From positions 4,734 through 68,733 of the forward strand of contig JAGUZX010000135.1 in assembly GCA_020060545.1 (NCBI GenBank): a DNA stretch of 64,000 bases, given 5' to 3'. The notes under the pieces are model-generated. The model did no database searches and was not told the origin of the DNA. It saw nothing but the letters and a program-made list of their open reading frames with translations. Of the stretch, positions 31,227-41,270 are shown piece by piece. This DNA is from Desulfovibrio sp. (GTDB lineage Bacteria; Bacillota; Dethiobacteria; DTU022). Each line of letters starts with the position of its first letter. Positions within the stretch are counted from its first letter, which is position 1. A program made the translations under genes and the position numbers.

Positions 31227-32441
31227 TTAATACCCGAACCCGTTAACACTTAGATTTCTTGCAGTCGCGCCTGGCGAGACGTGGGAAATATTCCTGCTGT
31301 ACGACCCCACTCTCGTTGGTAAAAAAGCGACATAAATTCTCCGGTTTACAGATCCTTCTTTCGGCGGCAGGGTCAAAGTGTTTCCGTAACCGCTCGAGAA
31401 ACTGAAGGAGATCCAGAATCCTTCCGGTGCCTCGATCACAACATTGCCGGTCAAATTAACACCCGTCACCGTATAACTCTGCGGGGTTGAATACCTCCAC
31501 TTCCTGATTAAGCCGAAGTTCAATGCAGCCGGGCTGACGCTCAATACCGGCGCCTGCCGCGTATAGACGCCGCTGAGCGCTGCTGTCTCGCCGTTATTGA
31601 TCGTAACAGCCTGATTTGCGGGCTTGACCCACCCGGGTACATCTGTAAACTCAACCGTGTACTGACCGGCGGGAATCCCGCTTAAAATAAAGCCGCTGCC
31701 GCACCACGTTGCTGTCCCCGCGATTCTCCACTGCGCCCCGGCATCAACCGCTCCCTGGGGGCTGATTGTCACGCGGAGGCCGCCGGTTTGACTGGTGGGA
31801 GGCGGGGTCAGGCGGGCTTTGACAAGACTGGTGGGGTCGTGCCAGAGAGCCAGGATCGCCCTGCCGGCATACCCTTGATATCTCCACCCGCCGTCCGGAT
31901 CCCTTACCGTGCTGTACGGCCCGCTGCGAATCCCGAAATGCAGGTGGGCGAAACTGTATCCGCCATTTTCACGCGGATCGGCTGAAATAGATCCGATTCG
32001 CTGACCCTTAACCACAGCAGTGCCGGCGGCGACAAGCCCATCCTTCTTCAAATGTCCCAGGACTGAACAAACATAAGTATTATCTGGCAGGCGGTGTTCG
32101 ATCACCACAACATGACCGTACCCGCCGTACCCGGATTGGTAACTACTGTACTTTACCTGCCCGTTCGCGGGAGCATATACCGGCAGCTCGGTTTTGCCGT
32201 TTAATGGCAGCAGGTCTTCGGCCAGATGGTAGGCATTTCGAGTGCTGTTCCAGGCCCCGAAATCCTGGCCCAAAAACCATCCTCCAGGATTAAGCGGATA
32301 GCGGAAGTCACTTGCGGTTTCGTAAGCCAAGACGACCGATGGTTTTAGCACGGCAGCCTGTGCGGCGCTGAAACTTAAAGCCAGCAGTAAAACGACAGGG
32401 ACTGTAACGACCGTGCGCCACAAATTTTTCTGTTCCACCAT
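31227..32441 (-). CDS. Secreted M23-family metallopeptidase with C-terminal beta-rich domain
   Basis: Signal peptide. HxxxD (GHVVVIEH...) and HLH (FAHLHFGI) M23 signatures. Confidence 0.6.
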   Translation of the reverse strand: MVEQKNLWRTVVTVPVVLLLALSFSAAQAAVLKPSVVLAYETASDFRYPLNPGGWFLGQDFGAWNSTRNAYHLAEDLLPLNGKTELPVYAPANGQVKYSSYQSGYGGYGHVVVIEHRLPDNTYVCSVLGHLKKDGLVAAGTAVVKGQRIGSISADPRENGGYSFAHLHFGIRSGPYSTVRDPDGGWRYQGYAGRAILALWHDPTSLVKARLTPPPTSQTGGLRVTISPQGAVDAGAQWRIAGTATWCGSGFILSGIPAGQYTVEFTDVPGWVKPANQAVTINNGETAALSGVYTRQAPVLSVSPAALNFGLIRKWRYSTPQSYTVTGVNLTGNVVIEAPEGFWISFSFSSGYGNTLTLPPKEGSVNRRIYVAFLPTRVGSYSRNISHVSPGATARNLSVNGFGY

Positions 32442-32626
32442 TTCCTCGCCCCTTTATTAAATTTACTTAATAATTTTCTTCGATTCTTAATCACTTTCCT
32501 GCTTTATGTTAACTAGTAATTCCGTCCTCTATTGCCAGGCTTGTCCAAATAGATCAGGGGGGCAGTTCTCTTGATCTATTCTTACTGCAGCAGTTTTTTC
32601 AACCTGCGCTCAGTGAAAAAAATAAA

Positions 32627-33742
32627 TCAGGAGAACCGTCCCCCTGATCTGTGCAGGACGTAGGCGAGAGCGTTTGAAAAGGCCCGCCCCACGGTTTTTT
32701 CATCGTAGGCATTGATTAACGAAACCCTGGCCGAAAGAGGGTTGCACTCAATGAACCAAAGCCTATCTTTATTATCGAGGCCGATATCGATGCCAAATTC
32801 ACCGGAAGGGCCTGCATATTGTTCAACGGTACAGTAGATTTTTAACAACAGATCATGGAGCCTGCTTTTTAAGCCATGCAAAGACGATTCACTGTAATTC
32901 ATCATCTGCGTAAAGAAATCTTCAAAGCGATAACTGGAACCGTGCGTGGTTATCGGAGAATCTGCTTGCGACACCCGAACAGGAACAGCGACAATTTCCA
33001 GTTCTCCCCTGCCGTTTCTTTGCACCTCCGCCCTCAAGTCGACTTTTCTACCTTGATATTTGATCAAGTCGATCGGTTCCTGGATGATAAAGTCCCGGCC
33101 ACGGAAAAAGCGATTGATCACCTTCAATAATTCGTTCATATTTACCTTGCCGGTAGCGAGTTTCCCCACAAAATAGCGGTATTCATAAGATCCGCCCCGC
33201 AGCCATGTCACCTGCATTACCTGCTGCCCCCGTCTGCCCCGGCAGGCCTTCAAATACGCCCCGCCATACTTGCGCAGCATTGTTTCCAGATCTTTGCGTT
33301 GTTCGCGGCAAAGGATGGTTTCCGGCAAATGCGGCCTTAATGCGCTGTTATGCCTTAATGCCCGGTATACCTCCCACTTGTTCAACTCCAGCAGTTTATT
33401 CACAATACGAACCTTGAGTTTCTCCACGGCATGCATGAAAAGCGCCTGATCCGCTTGATGGAGTTTTGGCAAACCACTGTAGAGATAGATCACATCAGGA
33501 AAACGGAAGGTTTTATGCTCCCAGCAACCCCGCTTGCGATTAAAATAGGCACCGTTGATGAAATAAGTTTGATAGTTGATATCATGCGGAGAGAAAAAAA
33601 ATACTGCCGCATCGAAGTTTTTTTCGAGTACCGCAATCCTTCTATGGCTGCGGTGAAACAGATCGGCTAGATTTTCTTTCTCTGCAAAAATTCCGATTAG
33701 CAAATGCTTGTCAATAAGCGCTGTATAAGCCGTTTTAAACAT
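32627..33742 (-). CDS. YheC/YheD-family ATP-grasp protein (spore-coat-associated family)
   Basis: 371 aa with YheC/YheD-like ATP-grasp architecture. Confidence 0.65.
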   Translation of the reverse strand: MFKTAYTALIDKHLLIGIFAEKENLADLFHRSHRRIAVLEKNFDAAVFFFSPHDINYQTYFINGAYFNRKRGCWEHKTFRFPDVIYLYSGLPKLHQADQALFMHAVEKLKVRIVNKLLELNKWEVYRALRHNSALRPHLPETILCREQRKDLETMLRKYGGAYLKACRGRRGQQVMQVTWLRGGSYEYRYFVGKLATGKVNMNELLKVINRFFRGRDFIIQEPIDLIKYQGRKVDLRAEVQRNGRGELEIVAVPVRVSQADSPITTHGSSYRFEDFFTQMMNYSESSLHGLKSRLHDLLLKIYCTVEQYAGPSGEFGIDIGLDNKDRLWFIECNPLSARVSLINAYDEKTVGRAFSNALAYVLHRSGGRFS

Positions 33743-34006
33743 TCAAACACCACCGCCTGAACGATTTTCATGATCATGTCCGGTAATAACGGCCAATCTA
33801 AGTTATCATATTCAGGAAGCGGCATCTAGTTCATCCACTGTTTGACCATTAAAGGCCTGGCCATGGGACAGGGAGAAGAAGACAAACCGGCGCCGTTGTA
33901 TCCCATGCACTTGCTGACTTAGGAAAACGGGGCGATAAGTTAGGAAAAAGGATTTAATGCACCGAAATTGAAATAGTAACTAAGCAAATGTTGAAGAAGG
34001 GTTCTT

Positions 34007-34759
<753 letters not shown>

Positions 34760-34829
34760 CAGTGGCGGCGCAGGGGCAAAGTGCGCTGTGCCTGCCGCAT
34801 GAAATTGCTTCCCCCGGGAGGGACACCCC

Positions 34830-36626
34830 TTGTTTTCAGGAATCCGCGGGCGGCTGATCTCTTACTACCTGGCGGTAATCGCCGTGGTGGTCCTGGGCAT
34901 GGGTGCTTTTTTTGTCTGGTTTCTGGACTATTTTTACATGGAAAATCTGCGCGCGCACCTTTTCAGCCAGGCCCGCCTCTCTTCGGCCCTGGTGCTGGAG
35001 CTGCTGGCCCGGGACGCTTCCCGGGAGAAACTGGACGGCCTGTGCAAAGAGCTTGGCCATGAACTGGGGTTGCGCCTGACCCTGGTCGCCCCCGACGGCG
35101 TGGTGCTGGGTGATTCGGTAGAACTGCCTGAGCGAATGGAAAACCACCTGGAGCGGCCGGAAATTCAGGAAGCCCTGCGCAGCGGCCGGGGGACTGCTGC
35201 CCGCTTCAGCACCACCGTCGGTGAAGAGATGTTTTACGCCGCCGTGACGCTGCCGCCCGTTAATGGCAAGGACCCTTCCTCCTCCGCCGGGCCGGTGGGT
35301 TTTATTCGCCTGGCGCTCCCCCTTTCGGCGATCCATGCCGCCGTGCGCAAACTCCGCCTGTTTATCCTGGCCGCCCTGCTCGCTTCGACCCTGGCCGCCC
35401 TGGCTGTAGGGGCAGCTCTTTCCATGCGGATCACCGTCCCTTTGCACAAAATTGCCGCCGCGGCCCGCGCCATCGCCGGCGGTAATTTTGAGCCTCCCTT
35501 GGACACTTCCGGCCGGGATGAGATAGCAGGCCTGGCCCGGACCATCGGAGAAATGGGCCTGGCCCTGCGGATAAAAGTGCAGCAGATCCTGCTGGAAAAG
35601 AACAAGCTGGACGCGGTAATCTTCTCCATGAGCAGCGGGATTGTCCTGGTGGACAGCCAAATGAGAATCGAGCTGCTCAATCCGGCGGCGGAAAAGATGT
35701 TCCAGGTTTCCCGCGAAACGGCGACGGGAGCGCCTGCACAGGCGGCTCTCCGCTACCAATCCTTAAACGATAACTTGCATCAGGTTTACGCAGACGGGAC
35801 GCCCCGCAGCTTTGAGCTGAACATCTACTACCCCCGCCCCATGACGCTGCAGGTATCACTTGTGCCCGTGGCGGGCGCCCGTGGCGAAACCGTGGGTGTC
35901 CTCTCTCTTTTTCACGACATCACCTCCCTGCGCTCACTGGAGCAGATGCGCAGCGAATTCGCGGCCAATGTTTCCCACGAACTGCGCACCCCCCTTGCCG
36001 CCCTCAAGGGTTACGCCGAGACCATTCTCGATCGGAACCTGGATCAAGAACACCTCGAAGACTTTCTGCGGACGATCGACCGGGAAGCGGATCGCCTGGT
36101 CCGCCTGGTGGATGCTCTGCTTGATCTTTCCCGGATTGAAGAAGAAAAAGGGGCGATCCAAAAAGAAGAGCTGGACTTGGCCTTTCTTACCCGTTCGGCC
36201 CTTGAAGGCCTGGAAGGGCTGCGCCGGCAGAAAGGGATTAAGCTGGAAACAACTTTTCCCTGCGGACCGGTTTTGGTCAACGGAAACGCCGACTGGCTGC
36301 GGCAGGCCATTTTCAATATCGCCGAAAACAGCGTCAAGTACGGCCACCCCGGCGGCACCGTTAAAGTGGAGCTCATCCGTGACGCCGCTAAAGCGGTCAT
36401 GAAAATAACCGACGACGGCCCCGGCATCCCCGCCGCCGATCTGCCGCACATATTCGAGCGGTTCTACCGGGTCGACAAGGCCCGCTCCCGCAAAACCGGC
36501 GGCACAGGCCTGGGCTTGGCCATCGTCAAGCACATCCTCGAAGCACACGGCGCCTCTTACGTCATTGAAAGCGAAGCGGGCCGGGGCGCCACTTTTCGCT
36601 TCACCCTCCCCCTTTCGCATCATTGA
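34830..36626 (+). CDS. phoR: Phosphate regulon sensor histidine kinase (PhoR-like; TM-HAMP-PAS-HisKA-HATPase)
   Basis: H-box SHELRTPLAALKGYAE, HATPase G-boxes. Operon context with pst genes. Confidence 0.75.
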   Translation: MFSGIRGRLISYYLAVIAVVVLGMGAFFVWFLDYFYMENLRAHLFSQARLSSALVLELLARDASREKLDGLCKELGHELGLRLTLVAPDGVVLGDSVELPERMENHLERPEIQEALRSGRGTAARFSTTVGEEMFYAAVTLPPVNGKDPSSSAGPVGFIRLALPLSAIHAAVRKLRLFILAALLASTLAALAVGAALSMRITVPLHKIAAAARAIAGGNFEPPLDTSGRDEIAGLARTIGEMGLALRIKVQQILLEKNKLDAVIFSMSSGIVLVDSQMRIELLNPAAEKMFQVSRETATGAPAQAALRYQSLNDNLHQVYADGTPRSFELNIYYPRPMTLQVSLVPVAGARGETVGVLSLFHDITSLRSLEQMRSEFAANVSHELRTPLAALKGYAETILDRNLDQEHLEDFLRTIDREADRLVRLVDALLDLSRIEEEKGAIQKEELDLAFLTRSALEGLEGLRRQKGIKLETTFPCGPVLVNGNADWLRQAIFNIAENSVKYGHPGGTVKVELIRDAAKAVMKITDDGPGIPAADLPHIFERFYRVDKARSRKTGGTGLGLAIVKHILEAHGASYVIESEAGRGATFRFTLPLSHH

Positions 36627-36640
36627 ACTTTTACGCCAAT

Positions 36641-36684
36641 TTAACATAAATTTAACCTTACCTTCCTTTGTCCTTAACCTCCCC
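36641..36684 (+). promoter_or_regulatory. Four direct TTAACA-like repeats with 11-bp periodicity (Pho-box array) upstream of pstS
   Basis: ttaacataaat / ttaaccttacc / ttcctttgtcc / ttaacctcccc, then TATCAT -10-like hexamer. Matches the Bacillus PhoP TT(A/T/C)ACA 11-bp phasing. Confidence 0.55.
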
Positions 36685-36740
36685 GCCTTATCATGACGGT
36701 GGATTCAAAAAACCGCCTTTTTAGGAGGGAAAGGTTAAAG

Positions 36741-37652
36741 ATGAAGAAGTCAGTTCTGTTCAGCCTGGCCGCGTTAGTACTTTTACTGGCCGGATTGGCG
36801 GCCGGTTGCGGACAGGGGTCCGGCCGGGATGCGGTGTCGATCATGATTAAGGGCTCCGACTCCGAAGTAAACCTGGTTACCAGGCTGGCCGAAGAATTCA
36901 TGAAAGAGAACCCCGGCGTGGTCATCGCCGTCACCGGCGGCGGTTCCGGTGTCGGCATCGCCGGCCTGATCGACGGTGATATCGACATCGCCAACTCTTC
37001 GCGCCCGATGAAGGATTCTGAAAAAGAGCAACTGAAAACCAAACAGGGCGCAGAGCCCTACGCCGTCCGTTTCGCCGTGGACGGGGTGGCGGTGATTGTC
37101 AATGGAGACAATCCCTTGGAAGAAATAACGATGGAGGACCTGGGCAAGGTTTACCGCGGCGAAATTACCAACTGGGCGGAACTCGGCGGAGCTGACCGGG
37201 AGATTAACCTTTACGGGCGCCAGAGCACCTCCGGCACCTACGTCTTTTTCATGGAGCTTGTCCTCAAGAGGGACTATGCCGCCACCATGCGTAACCTGAG
37301 CGGAAACGCCGATATCGTGGAAGCGGTGAAAAACGATGCCGGCGGGGTCGGCTACGTGGCCATCGGCTATGCCACGGAAGACGGTAAACCCGCCCCGGGC
37401 CTGAAGGCTTTGCGAATCGCCGCCGCCGCTGGCGCGCCAAGTTACAGCCCGTTACTGCTTGAGAATATTACCGGCGGCAACTACCCGTTGACCCGTCCCC
37501 TCTACCAGTTTACGAGCGGCAAACCGGAAGGGGCCGTGCTGGAATTCCTTAAATTCGCGACGAGTGACGCCGGACAAAATATCGTCCTGGCGGAAGGGTT
37601 CTACCCCATTACCGGTGCGGACAAAACATTTAATCAAAAAGCGCTGGAGTAA
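36741..37652 (+). CDS. pstS: Phosphate ABC transporter substrate-binding lipoprotein
   Basis: Lipobox LLAGLAAGCGQ and PBP-like domain. Start at MKKSV with GGAGGG RBS. Confidence 0.85.
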   Translation: MKKSVLFSLAALVLLLAGLAAGCGQGSGRDAVSIMIKGSDSEVNLVTRLAEEFMKENPGVVIAVTGGGSGVGIAGLIDGDIDIANSSRPMKDSEKEQLKTKQGAEPYAVRFAVDGVAVIVNGDNPLEEITMEDLGKVYRGEITNWAELGGADREINLYGRQSTSGTYVFFMELVLKRDYAATMRNLSGNADIVEAVKNDAGGVGYVAIGYATEDGKPAPGLKALRIAAAAGAPSYSPLLLENITGGNYPLTRPLYQFTSGKPEGAVLEFLKFATSDAGQNIVLAEGFYPITGADKTFNQKALE

Positions 37653-37780
37653 AACTTGAACTGTTCCCCGCTGGTAAAATGGGCGGCAAGAACTGGCCGC
37701 CCTCCATCGTTGGAACCAGCACCTGTACAAGGGGCGGGGCATGCCCCGCCCGCGGAAACTTAACCTCGGGATAGTTTGAT

Positions 37781-38677
37781 ATGGAAGGAGGATCACATTT
37801 GCATTCCTGCGTCGAAAAGGTTATGCACACGGTTTTTTGGATTAGCGGGCTGGCCATTATTTTGTTCTTGGGCGGGATCCTGTTTTCTCTCCTCGCCAAC
37901 AGTTTTCCCGCCCTGAGAGAACTGGGATTGGCGCCCTTCTTCACTACGGGCACCTGGAACCCGGGAGCGTACGGTGAACCTGGCTACAGCCTGATCAATA
38001 TGATCAAGGGCACCTTCATGGTCACCGCCGGCGCCCTGGTTGTGGCGGTGCCGCTGGGTATCGCCGCGGCGGCCTACCTGTCCGAAGTGGCCGGCCCGCG
38101 GGAAAGGGAACTTTTTAAGCCGGTCGTTGAAGTCCTCGCCGGCATCCCCTCGGTGGTGCTGGGCTTTATCGGCCTGGTGGTCCTGGCCCCGCTGATCGCC
38201 AGGGTGTTCAAACTCTCCAGCGGAATTAACGCTTTGAATGGAGCCATCCTGGTGGGGATTATGGCTTTGCCCACCATTATTACCCTCGCCGAAGACGCCA
38301 TTACCGCGGTTCCCAGGGAATACCGCCATGCTTCACTGGCCCTGGGGGCGACCCGCTGGCAAACAATCTGGAAAGTAACCGTGCCGGCGGCCTTTTCGGG
38401 GCTTATGGCTGCCGTAATGCTGGGGATGGGGCGGGCCATCGGCGAAACGATGACCGTATTGATGGTAACCGGAAACATGCTCGCCGCACCGGCATCCTTT
38501 CTCGATTCTGTCCGCACCCTCAGCGCCAACATCGCCATTGAAATTGGCGACGTGGCTTTTCACTCCCTCCACTTTCACGCCTTGTTTGTGGTCGGGCTGG
38601 TGCTCTTTGCCATCACTTTCGCGGTCAACCTGCTGGCGGATATCCTCATTCATCGCAAACCGGGGGTGAGAACATGA
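37781..38677 (+). CDS. pstC: Phosphate ABC transporter permease PstC
   Basis: Six-TM permease with EAA-like loop. Operon position. Confidence 0.85.
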   Translation: MEGGSHLHSCVEKVMHTVFWISGLAIILFLGGILFSLLANSFPALRELGLAPFFTTGTWNPGAYGEPGYSLINMIKGTFMVTAGALVVAVPLGIAAAAYLSEVAGPRERELFKPVVEVLAGIPSVVLGFIGLVVLAPLIARVFKLSSGINALNGAILVGIMALPTIITLAEDAITAVPREYRHASLALGATRWQTIWKVTVPAAFSGLMAAVMLGMGRAIGETMTVLMVTGNMLAAPASFLDSVRTLSANIAIEIGDVAFHSLHFHALFVVGLVLFAITFAVNLLADILIHRKPGVRT

Positions 38678-39561
38678 AAGCACCGTCAATCCTGGTCCGC
38701 GGCCGCGAGTGGCGGGGCGCGGAATACCTGGGGTTGTGGGCCTTGCGGTTTTCCCTGATCCTGGTCATCTTTATTCTGGGCTTCATCCTCTACGACATTT
38801 TGGCGAAAGGGAGCGCCGCCATCAGCCGGGAGTTCCTCACCGCAGCGCCGCGGTCGGGGATGACCGCCGGCGGGATCTACCCGGCCATCATCGGCACGGT
38901 CTATGTGACTCTCATTACCATGGCATTTGCAGTGCCCCTGGGGGTGGCGGCGGCCGTTTACCTGAACGAATACGCCGTCCAGGGCCGCTTTACCCGCCTG
39001 GTGCGGATGGCCCTGCGCAACCTTTCCGGGGTCCCTTCCATCGTGTTCGGCCTTTTCGGCATGGCGGTTTTTGTCAAATACTGCGGATTCGGGCCGTCCC
39101 TCATCGCCGCCGGCCTGACCCTGGGCTTGCTCACGCTCCCGGTAACGGTGACCGCCGCCGAAGAAGCTTTGGCCGCCGTGCCCCGGCCCTACCGCGAAGG
39201 CTCGTTTGCCCTGGGGGCGACCCGGTGGCAGGTGGTGCGCACCGTGGTTTTGCCGCGCGCCCTGCCCGGTATTCTTACGGGAACCATTTTAGGCCTGGCC
39301 CGGGCGGCGGGGGAAACTGCGCCGATCCTGGCTACCGGGGCCGCTTTTTTCTTGCCTTTTTTACCCGATTCGATCAAGAGCCAGTTTATGGCCTTGCCTT
39401 ACCACCTGTTTATTCTTTCCACCCAGCACCATGCCATCACCAAAGTGCGCCCCCTGGCTTACGGTACGGCCCTGGTGCTGGTTGTCCTGGTTTGCCTGCT
39501 GAACCTGGCGGCTGTACTTTTACGCAACTGCTACCGCCGCCGTGCCGCCCGGGGGCTGTAG
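38674..39561 (+). CDS. pstA: Phosphate ABC transporter permease PstA
   Basis: Six-TM permease. 4-bp overlap with pstC. Confidence 0.85.
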   Translation: MKAPSILVRGREWRGAEYLGLWALRFSLILVIFILGFILYDILAKGSAAISREFLTAAPRSGMTAGGIYPAIIGTVYVTLITMAFAVPLGVAAAVYLNEYAVQGRFTRLVRMALRNLSGVPSIVFGLFGMAVFVKYCGFGPSLIAAGLTLGLLTLPVTVTAAEEALAAVPRPYREGSFALGATRWQVVRTVVLPRALPGILTGTILGLARAAGETAPILATGAAFFLPFLPDSIKSQFMALPYHLFILSTQHHAITKVRPLAYGTALVLVVLVCLLNLAAVLLRNCYRRRAARGL

Positions 39562-39623
39562 GATATTAATCACTGGAGAGGAGGCCGGCGGGCTTTAGCC
39601 AAACGCAAAGCCTGCCTGTAAAA

Positions 39624-40475
39624 ATGAATATTACTTTAACCAATCCTCATAATCCATTTGAGCAGCGAACCGCGCCGGCGGGCGGGGCCGCCGGCGCTGG
39701 CCTGCTGCCGGCAAACGGCAAACCCGGTAAAGTTAAAGTGGAAGACCTTAACTTTTACTACGGCGCCAAGCAAGCCCTGTTCAAGATTAATCTGGAAGTG
39801 GCTCAAAACGGGGTTACCGCCCTGATCGGGCCATCCGGATGCGGTAAAACCACTTTCCTCCGGGTGCTGAACCGGATGAACGACCTCATCCCCGGCGCCC
39901 GCCTGGAGGGCAGGGTGCTCCTCGACGGCAGGGACATTTACGAATCGTCCCGGGACGTGGTGGAGCTGCGCAAGCGGGTGGGGATGGTCTTCCAGCAGCC
40001 CAACCCCTTCCCCAAGAGTATCTACGATAACGTGGCCTACGGCCCGCGCATCCATGGCACCAGGGAGAAGCGCAGCCTCGACGAGATCGTGGAGCGCAGC
40101 CTGAAAGGCGGCGCCCTTTGGGAGGAAGTCAAAGACCGCTTGGGAGAGCCGGCGCTCTCGCTATCCGGCGGGCAGCAGCAGCGCCTCTGCATCGCCAGGG
40201 TGCTGGCGGTTCAACCCGAAATCCTGCTGATGGATGAACCCACCTCGGCGATCGATCCGATTGCCACCCAGCGCATCGAGGATTTAATCCGGACGCTGTG
40301 CCATGACTATACCATTATCATCGTTACCCACAACATGCAGCAGGCGGCCCGGATCTCCGACTGGACCGGATTCTTCCTCCAGGGGGAGCTGGTGGAGTTC
40401 GGCAAGACCGCCCGGATTTTTACCAAGCCGCTGGACCGGCGCACCGAAGATTACATCACCGGGCGCTTTGGATAA
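39624..40475 (+). CDS. pstB: Phosphate ABC transporter ATP-binding protein
   Basis: Walker [10 protein letters not shown], signature LSGGQQQR, Walker B ILLMDEP. Confidence 0.9.
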   Translation: MNITLTNPHNPFEQRTAPAGGAAGAGLLPANGKPGKVKVEDLNFYYGAKQALFKINLEVAQNGVTALIGPSGCGKTTFLRVLNRMNDLIPGARLEGRVLLDGRDIYESSRDVVELRKRVGMVFQQPNPFPKSIYDNVAYGPRIHGTREKRSLDEIVERSLKGGALWEEVKDRLGEPALSLSGGQQQRLCIARVLAVQPEILLMDEPTSAIDPIATQRIEDLIRTLCHDYTIIIVTHNMQQAARISDWTGFFLQGELVEFGKTARIFTKPLDRRTEDYITGRFG

Positions 40476-40498
40476 TGCAAGGCGAAAGGAGAAAAAAG

Positions 40499-41176
40499 AT
40501 GGATAAGTTCATTTCTGCGGACAAAAAGGTGGTTTTTGAAAAGAAGATGGACTCGCTCCAGCAGAACCTGCACCGCATGGGAGGGCTGGTCGAAGAAGCG
40601 ATCGCCCGTGCGGTCCAGGCGCTTAAAACCCAGAACCTGGACCTGGCCAAGGCGGTGATTGAAGGCGATGACGCCGTCGACCGGCTGGAGCTCGAAATCG
40701 ACCAAAAATGCCTGGAGTTAATCGCCACCCAACAGCCCATGGCCAAAGATCTGCGCCGTGTGGCCACCCTGTTTAAAATGATCAGCGACCTGGAGCGGAT
40801 GGCCGACCATGCCACCGATATCGCCAAGATTACCTTGCGGATCGGCCATGAACCCCTGATCAAGCCCCTGGTCGACATCCCCCGGATGGCCCAGCTGACG
40901 CAAAAAATGGTCAAACAGGCCCTGGACGCCTATGTGCTGGAAGATATCGAACTCGCCCTGGCCGTCGGCAGAGACGACGACGAGGTCGATCACCTTCACG
41001 GGCAGATCTTCCGCGAACTGCTCACCATTATGATGGAAAACCCGCGGACGATTACGCAGGCCACCAATTTGCTTTTCGTCAGCCGCTGGCTCGAGCGTAT
41101 CTCCGATCATGCCACCAATATCGCGGAAAAAGTAATTTTCCTCGTCACCGGTGAGATCAAATTGCTCAACGAATAA
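40499..41176 (+). CDS. phoU: Phosphate signalling complex protein PhoU
   Basis: Two PhoU repeats (E/DxxxD motifs). Follows pstB. Confidence 0.85.
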   Translation: MDKFISADKKVVFEKKMDSLQQNLHRMGGLVEEAIARAVQALKTQNLDLAKAVIEGDDAVDRLELEIDQKCLELIATQQPMAKDLRRVATLFKMISDLERMADHATDIAKITLRIGHEPLIKPLVDIPRMAQLTQKMVKQALDAYVLEDIELALAVGRDDDEVDHLHGQIFRELLTIMMENPRTITQATNLLFVSRWLERISDHATNIAEKVIFLVTGEIKLLNE

Positions 41177-41270
41177 CAAATGGCCGGATCCGGGCTGCCC
41201 CCAGCGGCGGCGCGATCAGTTTAGCAAACAGATTTGATCGGACAGCCGGGAAAGCGGCCGGCCAGCTCTT

